From Acidimicrobiales bacterium (GTDB taxonomy: Bacteria > Actinomycetota > Acidimicrobiia > Acidimicrobiales > SHLQ01), in NCBI GenBank assembly GCA_020628865.1, contig JAHDEJ010000001.1, positions 234,395 through 298,394 of the forward strand: a stretch of DNA of 64,000 bases. Direction: 5' to 3'. Position 1 is the stretch's first letter, and the number at the start of each line of letters is the position of its first letter. Shown here piece by piece: positions 36,107 through 44,228 of this stretch. Position numbers and translations under genes: made by a program. The notes beneath the pieces were generated by a model, which had not been told where the DNA came from, did no database searches, and saw only the letters and a list, made by a program, of their open reading frames with translations.

Positions 36107-37567
36107 TCAGTGCGACCCGTGGTCGTTGGACGACACCAGGTGCAGCCCGGTTTCGAAGCCATTCGACTCGTACGGATCGAAGGTGGAAAGGGGTGCGCTC
36201 GGAGTGGACGGCGCCATCGGCTGGAGCAGTCCCGCAAAGTCCAGCGCCTCGACGAGGGTCTCCGCCCGGATCGCCTGGATGCCGGGAGGCGCTTCCGGCG
36301 ACGCCGCTGGGATGATGGCCTTGGTGAAGCCAACACGCGCCGCTTCGGCCAGGCGCCGCTCGGTCTGGGCCGATTGCCGGAGCTCGCCGGCCAGGCCGAT
36401 TTCCCCGCAGGCGACCAGCCCGGGTTCGAGCCACAGGTTCGTGAACGAGGAGGCCAGGGCGAGTGCCAGACCGAGATCGGCCGCCGGTTCCACGATCTTC
36501 GCGCCGCCCACGGCGGAGGCGAACACATCGTGCTTGGCGAAGGAGAACTGCGCTCGACGCTCCATCACGGCCAAGACGAGGGACAGCCGGCCGCTGTCGA
36601 TGCCGGTGGCGGCCCGCCGGGGGTTGCTGAGCGGCGTGGAGGCGGCGAGCGCCTGCACCTCGATCAGCAGCGGACGGTGCCCGTCGAGGGCGGGCACGAC
36701 GACCGAGCCGGCGACGCCGGTGGCCCGGTCGGCCAGGAAGAGTTCGCTGGGGTCGTCGACCGATCGCAGGCCCTCGCCCTTCATTTCGAACACGCCGAGC
36801 TCGTCGGTGGCGCCGAAGCGGTGTTTGTTTGCTCGAAGCAACCGGAGCGCATGGTGCCGGTCGCCTTCAAAGGCGAGCACGGTGTCCACGACGTGTTCGA
36901 GGACGCGCGGACCGGCGAGGCCGCCTTCCTTGGTGACATGGCCGACGAGCACGGTGGTCATGCAGCGGCGTTTCGCCTCGGAAACCAGCCGATGGGCGCA
37001 ATGCCGGACCTGGCCGACAGACCCGGGCGCCGAGCGAAGCTCAGGGTCGTGGATGGTTTGGATGGAGTCGACGACGACGAACTCGGGCGACAGGTCGTCG
37101 CAGTGTTTGAGTACCGCGGGAAGCGACGTCTCTCCCACGAGCCAGAGCTCGGGCACGATGGCCTGCAGGCGTTCGGCCCGGAGGCGCACCTGTTCGGACG
37201 ATTCCTCGGCCGAGACGTAGAGGCAGGTACGGCCGGTGCGAGCCACCTCGGCCGCTGCCTGAAGCAGCAACGTCGACTTGCCGATGCCCGGTTCGCCACC
37301 GACGAGGGTGACCGAACCGGACACGAACCCGCCGCCGAGCACACGATCCAGCTCCTGGACGCCCGTGGCGGTGGCCGCCCACTGGGTCGCCTCGATGTCG
37401 GTGATGCGCCGGGGCGCCTCCCCCACGACCACCGGGGCCGATGCGGTGCGTTCGACGAGTTCTTCTTCGTGGGTGTTCCAGGCCTCGCAATCCGGGCACT
37501 GGCCGATCCACTTGCCGGCCTGATGACCGCAGGCGCTGCAGACGAAGGAGGTTTTGGTACGAGCCAT
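36107..37567 (-). CDS. radA: DNA repair protein RadA (Sms)
   Basis: N-terminal zinc finger CSACGHQAGKWIGQCPDC, Walker A GEPGIGKST, KNRFG motif (ANKHRFG) and a Lon-like C-terminus. Confidence 0.93.
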   Translation of the reverse strand: MARTKTSFVCSACGHQAGKWIGQCPDCEAWNTHEEELVERTASAPVVVGEAPRRITDIEATQWAATATGVQELDRVLGGGFVSGSVTLVGGEPGIGKSTLLLQAAAEVARTGRTCLYVSAEESSEQVRLRAERLQAIVPELWLVGETSLPAVLKHCDDLSPEFVVVDSIQTIHDPELRSAPGSVGQVRHCAHRLVSEAKRRCMTTVLVGHVTKEGGLAGPRVLEHVVDTVLAFEGDRHHALRLLRANKHRFGATDELGVFEMKGEGLRSVDDPSELFLADRATGVAGSVVVPALDGHRPLLIEVQALAASTPLSNPRRAATGIDSGRLSLVLAVMERRAQFSFAKHDVFASAVGGAKIVEPAADLGLALALASSFTNLWLEPGLVACGEIGLAGELRQSAQTERRLAEAARVGFTKAIIPAASPEAPPGIQAIRAETLVEALDFAGLLQPMAPSTPSAPLSTFDPYESNGFETGLHLVSSNDHGSH

Positions 37568-37577
37568 GCCCGAGACG

Positions 37578-37793
37578 TTACGAAGCGACTGTGACAGCGT
37601 CCGCCGAGGAGGCGAACAGCACCCGGTAGCGGTCGGCCACGGCGGCCCGCTCCTCCGGCGTACCGGCCGAGCGCAGCGCCCGCTGGTACACCGACAGGTG
37701 ACGGCGCCGGCGATGGGCGGGGGTGGTGGCGGTGAGGCGGGGGTCGTTGTGCATCATGTGGTGGTCTCCGAGGTGCAGGTACTCCGCCCGCAT
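37578..37793 (-). CDS. Hypothetical 71-aa protein upstream of radA
   Basis: Third-position GC is high from ATG 37793 onward but not in the 14 codons upstream of it. The stop lies 10 nt before the radA ATG. No recognisable domain. Confidence 0.35.
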   Translation of the reverse strand: MRAEYLHLGDHHMMHNDPRLTATTPAHRRRRHLSVYQRALRSAGTPEERAAVADRYRVLFASSADAVTVAS

Positions 37794-37871
37794 GCCGGGA
37801 CCGATGACACTATCGAACGACTGTTCGTTTTGCAAACATCTGTTCGATCGTTGCCTCGATGGGGCGAGCGT

Positions 37872-38504
37872 TCACTCCGGCCGGTCGAGGGTCGTGAGCG
37901 CATCCGCCGTGCGGTTGTACCAGGCGCCGGCGTGCCGACCGATGGCCTTCAGCTCGGCCTGATCGATGTGGTGCCCGTCCAGAACGCGGTCGGCCACGTG
38001 GAGCCGGTCCGCCTCGAGGATGACGAGCATGCCGCTTCCCGGGCGCCCCTCCTCCAACGGCCGACCGACCGGGATCATGTCCACCACCCGGCACTCGAAG
38101 TTCGCGGTCGCTTCCGCCACCCGCGGCGCCGGGCAGTCGTGCGACACGATGGCGGTGAGACCGGCGTGCTCGAACTCGTCGACCTCGGCATCGACGGTGG
38201 CCGCCGAAGCGTTCATCGCAGCGAACGTCTCGTCCGTGACCACATTGACGGTGCAGACGCGGGTCGCCTCCATGTTGTCGAGCGAGTCCTTCCGGCCGAC
38301 GAGCATCGGGGCCACCACGAAGGTCGGCGGATTGTTGGCCACCATGTTGAAGAACGAGTACGGGGCCAAATTGGGGATGCCGTCGGCGGACACCGTGCCG
38401 AGCCAGCCGATCGGCCGTGGAACGATCAGGCCGGAGCCGATCGTGTAGGCGTGATGCGCCGGGATGTCGTCGAACGCGATGGTCGTCTTTGCTTCTTCAG
38501 CCAC
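37872..38504 (-). CDS. Flavin reductase family protein (FMN-binding split barrel)
   Basis: IVPRPIGWLGTVSADGIPNLAPYSFFN. GTG start at 38504. The upstream part of the 357-aa track ORF overlaps the protease gene out of frame. Confidence 0.75.
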   Translation of the reverse strand: MAEEAKTTIAFDDIPAHHAYTIGSGLIVPRPIGWLGTVSADGIPNLAPYSFFNMVANNPPTFVVAPMLVGRKDSLDNMEATRVCTVNVVTDETFAAMNASAATVDAEVDEFEHAGLTAIVSHDCPAPRVAEATANFECRVVDMIPVGRPLEEGRPGSGMLVILEADRLHVADRVLDGHHIDQAELKAIGRHAGAWYNRTADALTTLDRPE

Positions 38505-38586
38505 GAGCCCGACTCTATGCGGGAACGCGGCGGACGGGCCGACCCCGAAGGGCCGGCCCGTCCACACATCACTCGATCGAATGGGA

Positions 38587-39813
38587 TCAGAGCGTGTCGT
38601 GTTCCATCTCGTCGTCGAACTCCTCGCAGAGCTCGTCGAGGAAGGCATCGAGTTCGGCGTCGGTGAATTCGACCGAATCGAAGTCCATCTCGTCGTCGAG
38701 CTCGTACCAGTCGGCATCCTCCGGATCGAACTCGTCGAGGTACGCATCCTCGTCGTCGAAGTCGTCGAAGTCTTCAGCCTCGAGTTCGGCGTCGAGCTCC
38801 GCCCAGTCGGCGTCCGTCCAGTCGGTGGTGTCGATCTCGACCCACTCGCCGTCGATGAACTCCTCGACGATGAAGTCATCGTCGTCAGCGAACTCGCCGT
38901 CGAACATGGCATCGTCCTCGAAATCGAAGTCGGCGGTGTCGCCATCGAAGTCGGGGGCGTCCTCGGTGTCGGCGGGATCGGTCGGTGCCGGAACGTTCGG
39001 GCTGGCCGTGGCCTCGCCGGTGTTCAGGAAGTCGATGTAGTTCGGCACCTCGGCGTAGACACCGGGGGTGTCACCACCGCACTCGTCGCCCCAGCTCACC
39101 ACGCCGGCGAGCTTCGGGCCGTCGGCCGTCTGCACGACGAGCGGGCCACCGCTGTCGCCGTAGCAGGAGTCGGTGCCCGTGCCGCCGGCGCAGACCTCGC
39201 CCGCGGCGTCGGTCCCGAGCTGGGCGTTGCAGGTCGCATCGTCGACGAGTGGAACGGTTGCGGAGAGCAGCTGGTTGGGCGAATCGGTGTCGGTTTCGCC
39301 GACGGCGCCCCAACCGGAGGTCACCGCGGTGTCGGCGGCCGCAATCTCGGCCCGGCTGGCCGGGGCGATCGGCTGCACCCGCTCGTTGAACGTGAGCGGT
39401 TCGGCCAGCTTGATCACGGCGATGTCGCCGACGCCGGTCGCCGCGTAGTCCGGGTGCGACGTGATGGAGGCGACTCGCACGTCCTGGCCACTCGAGTCGC
39501 TGGAGTCGGTGACCCCGGCCCGAACGGTCGTGCCGGCGGCGGTCTCACCTTCGACACAGTGGGCGGCGGTGACGATGGTGGTGGCGTCGAGGATCGAGCC
39601 TCCGCAGTAGTAGCCGGAACCGTCCTGCAGCGAGACCTGCCAGGGGGCGTCGGTTGCGCTGGCCGGAGTGCCGTTGACGATGGCGCCGGCGGAGCCGCCG
39701 CCGAGCAGCAGCGTGGCGCCCATGATCGAGGCGCCGAGACTTCCGGCGAGCACGCCGGCCAGAAGGCGGCGCTTCGGTGCGGGAGCGGGGGTTGGGTTGG
39801 GGGTGGTGTCCAT
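38587..39813 (-). CDS. Secreted trypsin-like S1 serine protease with hyper-acidic C-terminal tail
   Basis: IVNGTPA..., TAAHC (His), DSCYGDSGGPLV (Ser) and an N-terminal signal/TM region. The last ~127 aa are about half Asp/Glu. Confidence 0.85.
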   Translation of the reverse strand: MDTTPNPTPAPAPKRRLLAGVLAGSLGASIMGATLLLGGGSAGAIVNGTPASATDAPWQVSLQDGSGYYCGGSILDATTIVTAAHCVEGETAAGTTVRAGVTDSSDSSGQDVRVASITSHPDYAATGVGDIAVIKLAEPLTFNERVQPIAPASRAEIAAADTAVTSGWGAVGETDTDSPNQLLSATVPLVDDATCNAQLGTDAAGEVCAGGTGTDSCYGDSGGPLVVQTADGPKLAGVVSWGDECGGDTPGVYAEVPNYIDFLNTGEATASPNVPAPTDPADTEDAPDFDGDTADFDFEDDAMFDGEFADDDDFIVEEFIDGEWVEIDTTDWTDADWAELDAELEAEDFDDFDDEDAYLDEFDPEDADWYELDDEMDFDSVEFTDAELDAFLDELCEEFDDEMEHDTL

Positions 39814-40003
39814 GAGGGGTATCTCCTGTGTTGAGGGTGATCTCAGCTTCGGGACCGCACCTGTCGCGAACCTGAACCCGGCTGAACGGTGCGTTCAGGT
39901 CGCCCTGCCGTAGGGCTCGCGCCACGCTCGGCAATGGTGGGCGAGGGACCGATCATCGGCTCCGCCATGAGCGCCAATTGCCTGACCGACTAGCCTCCGG
40001 TCC

Positions 40004-42649
40004 ATGAATGCGGGTGCCGAGCAACAAGGAGGGACCGTGCCGTCCGGCACCGTGACCTTCTTCTTCTCCGACATCCAGGGCTCGACGAGACTGTGGGCGG
40101 CCGACGAAGCCGGCATGTCCGCCTCGACACAGCTCCATGAGCAGATCATTCGAGGAATCCTGGAACCTCGCGGCGGCTACGTCTTCAACACGGCGGGCGA
40201 CTCGTTTGCGGTGGCGTTCGAAAGCGCCGAACTTGCCGTCGACGCAGCCAAGACCATTCAGGACGCGCTGGCCTCGACGGAATGGCCGGGACCGTCGATC
40301 CGGGTTCGCATCGGCTTGCATCGGGGCCTGGCCGAGGTACGCGACGGCGACTACTTCGGCATCAACGTGAACACCGCCGCCCGCATCGAAGATGCCGGCC
40401 ACGGCGGACAGACCCTGGCCAGCCAAGCGGTCGTGCAGGCCGCAGGCATCGACGCCCAGGACATGGGCATCTACCAACTCCGGGACCTGGCCGAACCCGT
40501 CCACCTGTTCCAGCTCGGCGATGGCGACTTCCCGCCGCTGCGTGTCGCCGACCCCGAGCTTCACAACCTTCCGGCCCGGCCGACCTCGATCATCGGCCGG
40601 GACGTGGAAGTCGCGCATCTCCGCGGTCTGTTGTTGGAGGAACGGCTGGTCACGATGACCGCCCTCGGAGGCTGCGGCAAGACCCGACTCGCCGTGGCCG
40701 TGGGCGAAGCGGAACTCCGCCACCAACCCGATGGCGTCTGGTTCGTCGACTTCACCGCCATCGTCGACGGGGCCAACGTCCCGGCTGCGCTCGCCGAAGC
40801 CGCCGGCCTCAGCCTGGGCGGAGGCGACCCGACCGAGCAGGTCATCACCTACTTCGCCGGCAAGGAGTCGCTCCTCATCCTCGACAACTGCGAACACATC
40901 ATCGACGACGTCGCGGATTTCGTCGATGCCTGGCTGCAGGTCCCCGGACGATCGAGAATCCTCGCCACGAGCCGCGAACCACTCGACCTGGACGGCGAGC
41001 GGGTCATGATGCTCGAGTCGCTCCCGTTCGAGGGATCCGACTCCCCCGCCGTGCGCCTGTTCGCCGAGCGGGCCACGGCCATCCAACCGACCTTCATGGT
41101 GACCGACGCAAATCGAGCGGATGTCGAGGCGATCTGTCGGCATCTCGATGGGATTCCGCTGGCCGTCGAGTTGGCGGCGGTTCGCATGACGGCGATGACA
41201 CCCGCCGAGGTGCTGGCCGGGCTCGACGACCGCTTCACGCTCCTCGGTGGTGGGCGACGCCGCCGCCGAATGCGCACGCTGCGCGCCACACTCGATTGGA
41301 GCTACGACAACCTCGTCGAGGACGACCAACGGGTCTTTCGTTGTCTGGGCGCCTTCGTCGATGGTTTCGACCTGCCGGCCGTCGAGGCCGTCACCGCCCT
41401 TCCGGCCTTCCAGGCCCGCGACGCCCTCGACTCGCTCCAAAGCAAGTCCATGATCGTGCGGGCGCACGCAGGAGCGCACGCACGATTTCGCATGCTCGAG
41501 ACCGTCAAGGCCTACGCCGATGAACGACAGCAGGAGGAAGGTGGCGCAGCCGGCGACCGTGGGCGACACCTGACGCACTTTCATGAGCGGGCGACCCGAC
41601 ATGGCCGGGTCTGTCAGGGCCTGCTGAGTACCGGCAACGACCTTCGGCGGGACACCAGCAACCTGTCGACCGCATTCGACTGGGCCATGGACCAGGGCGA
41701 GCATGCCGCCGCCGGCGAGCTGTTGCTCGGCACCTCGATGGCGTTTTTCATGAGTACGCGTGTGCTGGAGTTCCGAACGATGCTCCTCGAGGCGGAGAAG
41801 CACGTCGGCCGCGACGACCCGGAACTCCACGACTACCTGACCGTCCAGCTGGTCTTCGGTTCGGGCAAGCTTCGTGACCTCGCGGGGGTCGAGCATCACG
41901 CCAACCTCCTGCTGGAGTCGGAGGATCCGGGGTTCCGGGCGGTCGGTCATGCGACACTCGCCAGCCTCGCCGTCCGCCGGTCGCCCGGCATGGGGGCGGC
42001 GCCAGACCTCTTCTCCCCCGCGTGGGACGAGCTCGACCATGGCGGCGGCGACCGCGACGGCAACATCGCAGAATTCGCGCCGGCCTACGTCGCAACGGCC
42101 GAACTGACGAGAAGCCTCATCGCCCTCGATCTGGCCGCGGCACTCGAGCGGGCGGACGAGGTGCTCTCTGCAGCCGTGGACCACGGGTCCCGAAGTTTCC
42201 TCCACGTCGGCGTTGCGAACTCGCAGGCGATGGCGCTCCTGCTGAGCGATCGACCGGCCGATGCCCTCGCTGCACTCGATTGGCTCGTCGACCACGACCT
42301 TCCCTACTACGACGGTGTCGAGGCACGAACCCTGATCCGTTTGGAACAAGGCGACATCGAGGCGGCCACGCCGGACCTTCGAGTGCAGTGCCAACGCGGG
42401 CTCAGCGGCCGCTTCGAAGGCGAGTGTTGCGACAGCGTGTTGCTGCTCGCCACGCTTGCGCACGCCGAAGGTGACGACGACCGGGCCCGAGCGTTACTGA
42501 CCTCGATGGGGCAGGGCCGACTGCCGGCCACGGTGGCATTCGCACGTCACCTCGGTGCACGGCTGGACGTCGCCCCGGCCCCAACAACCTCGGTCGACGA
42601 TGCCCTCGCCACGCTCCGTACCGAGATGAACCGCCGGGGCTGGTCATAG
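40004..42649 (+). CDS. Class III adenylate/guanylate cyclase domain fused to STAND (NB-ARC/AAA) ATPase and TPR-like C-terminal region; no HTH recognised
   Basis: Cyclase region VTFFFSDIQGSTRLW...FNTAGDSFAVAF...RIGLHRG...GINVNTAARIE. P-loop GGCGKTRLA, Walker B LLILDNCEH, then ~450 aa of helical repeat-like sequence. Confidence 0.8.
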   Translation: MNAGAEQQGGTVPSGTVTFFFSDIQGSTRLWAADEAGMSASTQLHEQIIRGILEPRGGYVFNTAGDSFAVAFESAELAVDAAKTIQDALASTEWPGPSIRVRIGLHRGLAEVRDGDYFGINVNTAARIEDAGHGGQTLASQAVVQAAGIDAQDMGIYQLRDLAEPVHLFQLGDGDFPPLRVADPELHNLPARPTSIIGRDVEVAHLRGLLLEERLVTMTALGGCGKTRLAVAVGEAELRHQPDGVWFVDFTAIVDGANVPAALAEAAGLSLGGGDPTEQVITYFAGKESLLILDNCEHIIDDVADFVDAWLQVPGRSRILATSREPLDLDGERVMMLESLPFEGSDSPAVRLFAERATAIQPTFMVTDANRADVEAICRHLDGIPLAVELAAVRMTAMTPAEVLAGLDDRFTLLGGGRRRRRMRTLRATLDWSYDNLVEDDQRVFRCLGAFVDGFDLPAVEAVTALPAFQARDALDSLQSKSMIVRAHAGAHARFRMLETVKAYADERQQEEGGAAGDRGRHLTHFHERATRHGRVCQGLLSTGNDLRRDTSNLSTAFDWAMDQGEHAAAGELLLGTSMAFFMSTRVLEFRTMLLEAEKHVGRDDPELHDYLTVQLVFGSGKLRDLAGVEHHANLLLESEDPGFRAVGHATLASLAVRRSPGMGAAPDLFSPAWDELDHGGGDRDGNIAEFAPAYVATAELTRSLIALDLAAALERADEVLSAAVDHGSRSFLHVGVANSQAMALLLSDRPADALAALDWLVDHDLPYYDGVEARTLIRLEQGDIEAATPDLRVQCQRGLSGRFEGECCDSVLLLATLAHAEGDDDRARALLTSMGQGRLPATVAFARHLGARLDVAPAPTTSVDDALATLRTEMNRRGWS

Positions 42650-42668
42650 CCCACGTACGCAGCCGAGG

Positions 42669-42698
42669 TTGCTGGCACGATCGCACAGAATCTAGTGT
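42669..42698 (+). promoter_or_regulatory. Candidate sigma-70-type promoter for the precursor-YcaO-TfuA operon
   Basis: TTGCTG (42669-42674), an 18-nt spacer, then TAGTGT (42693-42698, TAnnnT), in a locally GC-poorer stretch ~80 nt upstream of the ATG. Pattern match only. Confidence 0.2.
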
Positions 42699-42778
42699 CA
42701 CGGCCGCGGCTGGCCGATGGTGGGCCGCCCGAGGCGCCCGACCCGTGGGGCCCGGCCCAAAGGTGGAGGTTCCAGGAC

Positions 42779-43024
42779 ATGCAAGAACAGTTTCGGTCGC
42801 TCGTCGACGCACTCGTGGGCGATGAGAAATTCCGCGAGGCCTTCATGAACGCTCCCGACCAGGAGACACGGATGTCCCTCGCCGCCGACAAGGGTCTCTC
42901 GATCCCGTCGTACGACGACATGTCTGCTGCCACCGAGGCCCTCGGCGATGACGGCGTGGTGCCCGACAACCTGATGAGCGCCGGCTTCTGGATGAGCGCC
43001 TTCTGGATGCCGAGCGAAGAGTAG
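42779..43024 (+). CDS. 81-aa putative RiPP precursor with Nif11-like leader and Cys-free core (..NLMSAGFWMSAFWMPSEE)
   Basis: RBS AGGTGGAGG lies 9 nt upstream of ATG 42779. MQEQFRSLVDALVGDEKFREAFMNAPDQETRMSLAADKGLSIPSYDDM follows the Nif11 N-terminal domain pattern. The gene lies 91 nt upstream of YcaO on the same strand. Confidence 0.6.
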   Translation: MQEQFRSLVDALVGDEKFREAFMNAPDQETRMSLAADKGLSIPSYDDMSAATEALGDDGVVPDNLMSAGFWMSAFWMPSEE

Positions 43025-43115
43025 GCCGCTGTTTCATCGGTCGTTCGGTTCGCCGAGCCCCACACCGGACCATCGTTCCGCCGGCCAGCCGCCGCGCGCT
43101 CACAGCGCCGAGGAG

Positions 43116-44228
43116 ATGTGGGATCGCATCGAACCCCATCTGGCTGACTTCGGCATCACCCGGGTCGCCCACCTGACGCACCTCGACCGCATCGGCATTC
43201 CCGTGCACATGGCGATGCGTCCGGCGGGCCGCGTGCTCTCGAGCGGAAGCGGCAAGGGCACGACCGAATTGGCCTCGCGTGTGAGCGCCTGCATGGAGGC
43301 GATCGAGCAGGTGTACTGGGAATCGGCGCGCCCGGCGGTGCGGTTGGAGACGCCGGAGGCCCTCACCCGCACTGGCGAGGCGTTCGTCGACCCTTCCGAG
43401 CTTCCGGTTCGACGGAACGCCATCGGCCACGAAGCCACTCCGTCGGCCTGGCTTCCGCTCCACGATCTGGTGACCGGTGACGCCGTGTGGGCACCGGCCG
43501 AGACCACCTGCGTCGCCACGGGCGATGGCCGCACCCGAGCGCATCGAAACATGTCCTCGTCCAACGGCCTGGCCAGCGGCTCCCGGGTGATCGACGCCGC
43601 CTTGTCGGGGGTCTACGAGGTGGTCGAGCGGGACGCGATCGCGCTCGCCGCAACGCTGGCGAGGCCGATGCAACCGCCGGCGGGCGATGTGGTCGATTCG
43701 CTTCTCGACCGGCTGCGGGCAGCAGACGTCGGGATCGAACTCGACGACCTCACGACCGACATCGGGCTGCCCACGGTGCGGGCGGTCATCGACGGTGGCG
43801 AGGTCGGCACGAACTTCGTGGGCTACGGCACCTCGTCCGATGGGGAGCACGCGGCCGTTCGGGCGATCACCGAGGCGGCGCAGAGTCGGTGCATCGTCAT
43901 CGCCGGCGCCCGAGACGACATCTTCGACCTGGAACGCCGGGCATCGAACCGGCTCGGCTCCACCCAGGCCCTTCGCTCGGACTCGCCCGGTCACCAACTC
44001 GCCGTCGGAGGCTCCACCGGCTCGACCGCCGGCGACCTCGACGAGGCGATCCGCCGGCTCCAGGCTGCGGGTCTCGATCGGATACTCATCCACCGGTACA
44101 CGACCGATGAGGACCCGGTGCAGGTCGTCCGGGTGGTCGTCCCCGGGCTCGAGGGCTATCCGGGCCCGCACACCGCTCCGGGCCGCCGGGCGCTTGCGCA
44201 CCGACATCGGGAGCCGCTCGATGTCTGA
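43116..44228 (+). CDS. YcaO-family ATP-dependent amide-activating enzyme (TfuA-associated type)
   Basis: GITRVAHLTHLDRIGIPV, SGSGKGTTELASRVSACMEAIE, SNGLASGSRVIDAALSGVYEVVERDA, TDIGLPTV, ITEAAQSRCIVIAGARDD, and VVPGLEGY. Confidence 0.88.
   Translation: MWDRIEPHLADFGITRVAHLTHLDRIGIPVHMAMRPAGRVLSSGSGKGTTELASRVSACMEAIEQVYWESARPAVRLETPEALTRTGEAFVDPSELPVRRNAIGHEATPSAWLPLHDLVTGDAVWAPAETTCVATGDGRTRAHRNMSSSNGLASGSRVIDAALSGVYEVVERDAIALAATLARPMQPPAGDVVDSLLDRLRAADVGIELDDLTTDIGLPTVRAVIDGGEVGTNFVGYGTSSDGEHAAVRAITEAAQSRCIVIAGARDDIFDLERRASNRLGSTQALRSDSPGHQLAVGGSTGSTAGDLDEAIRRLQAAGLDRILIHRYTTDEDPVQVVRVVVPGLEGYPGPHTAPGRRALAHRHREPLDV

Noticed and set aside
39953-42463. 836-aa minus-strand ORF
   Set aside because: It is antisense to the cyclase-STAND gene, which carries clear cyclase and P-loop motifs.
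42695-42778. 28-codon upstream extension of the precursor ORF (GTG 42695)
   Set aside because: It has no RBS, overlaps the putative -10 element and is Pro/Arg/Gly-rich. ATG 42779 has a strong RBS and begins the Nif11-like pattern.
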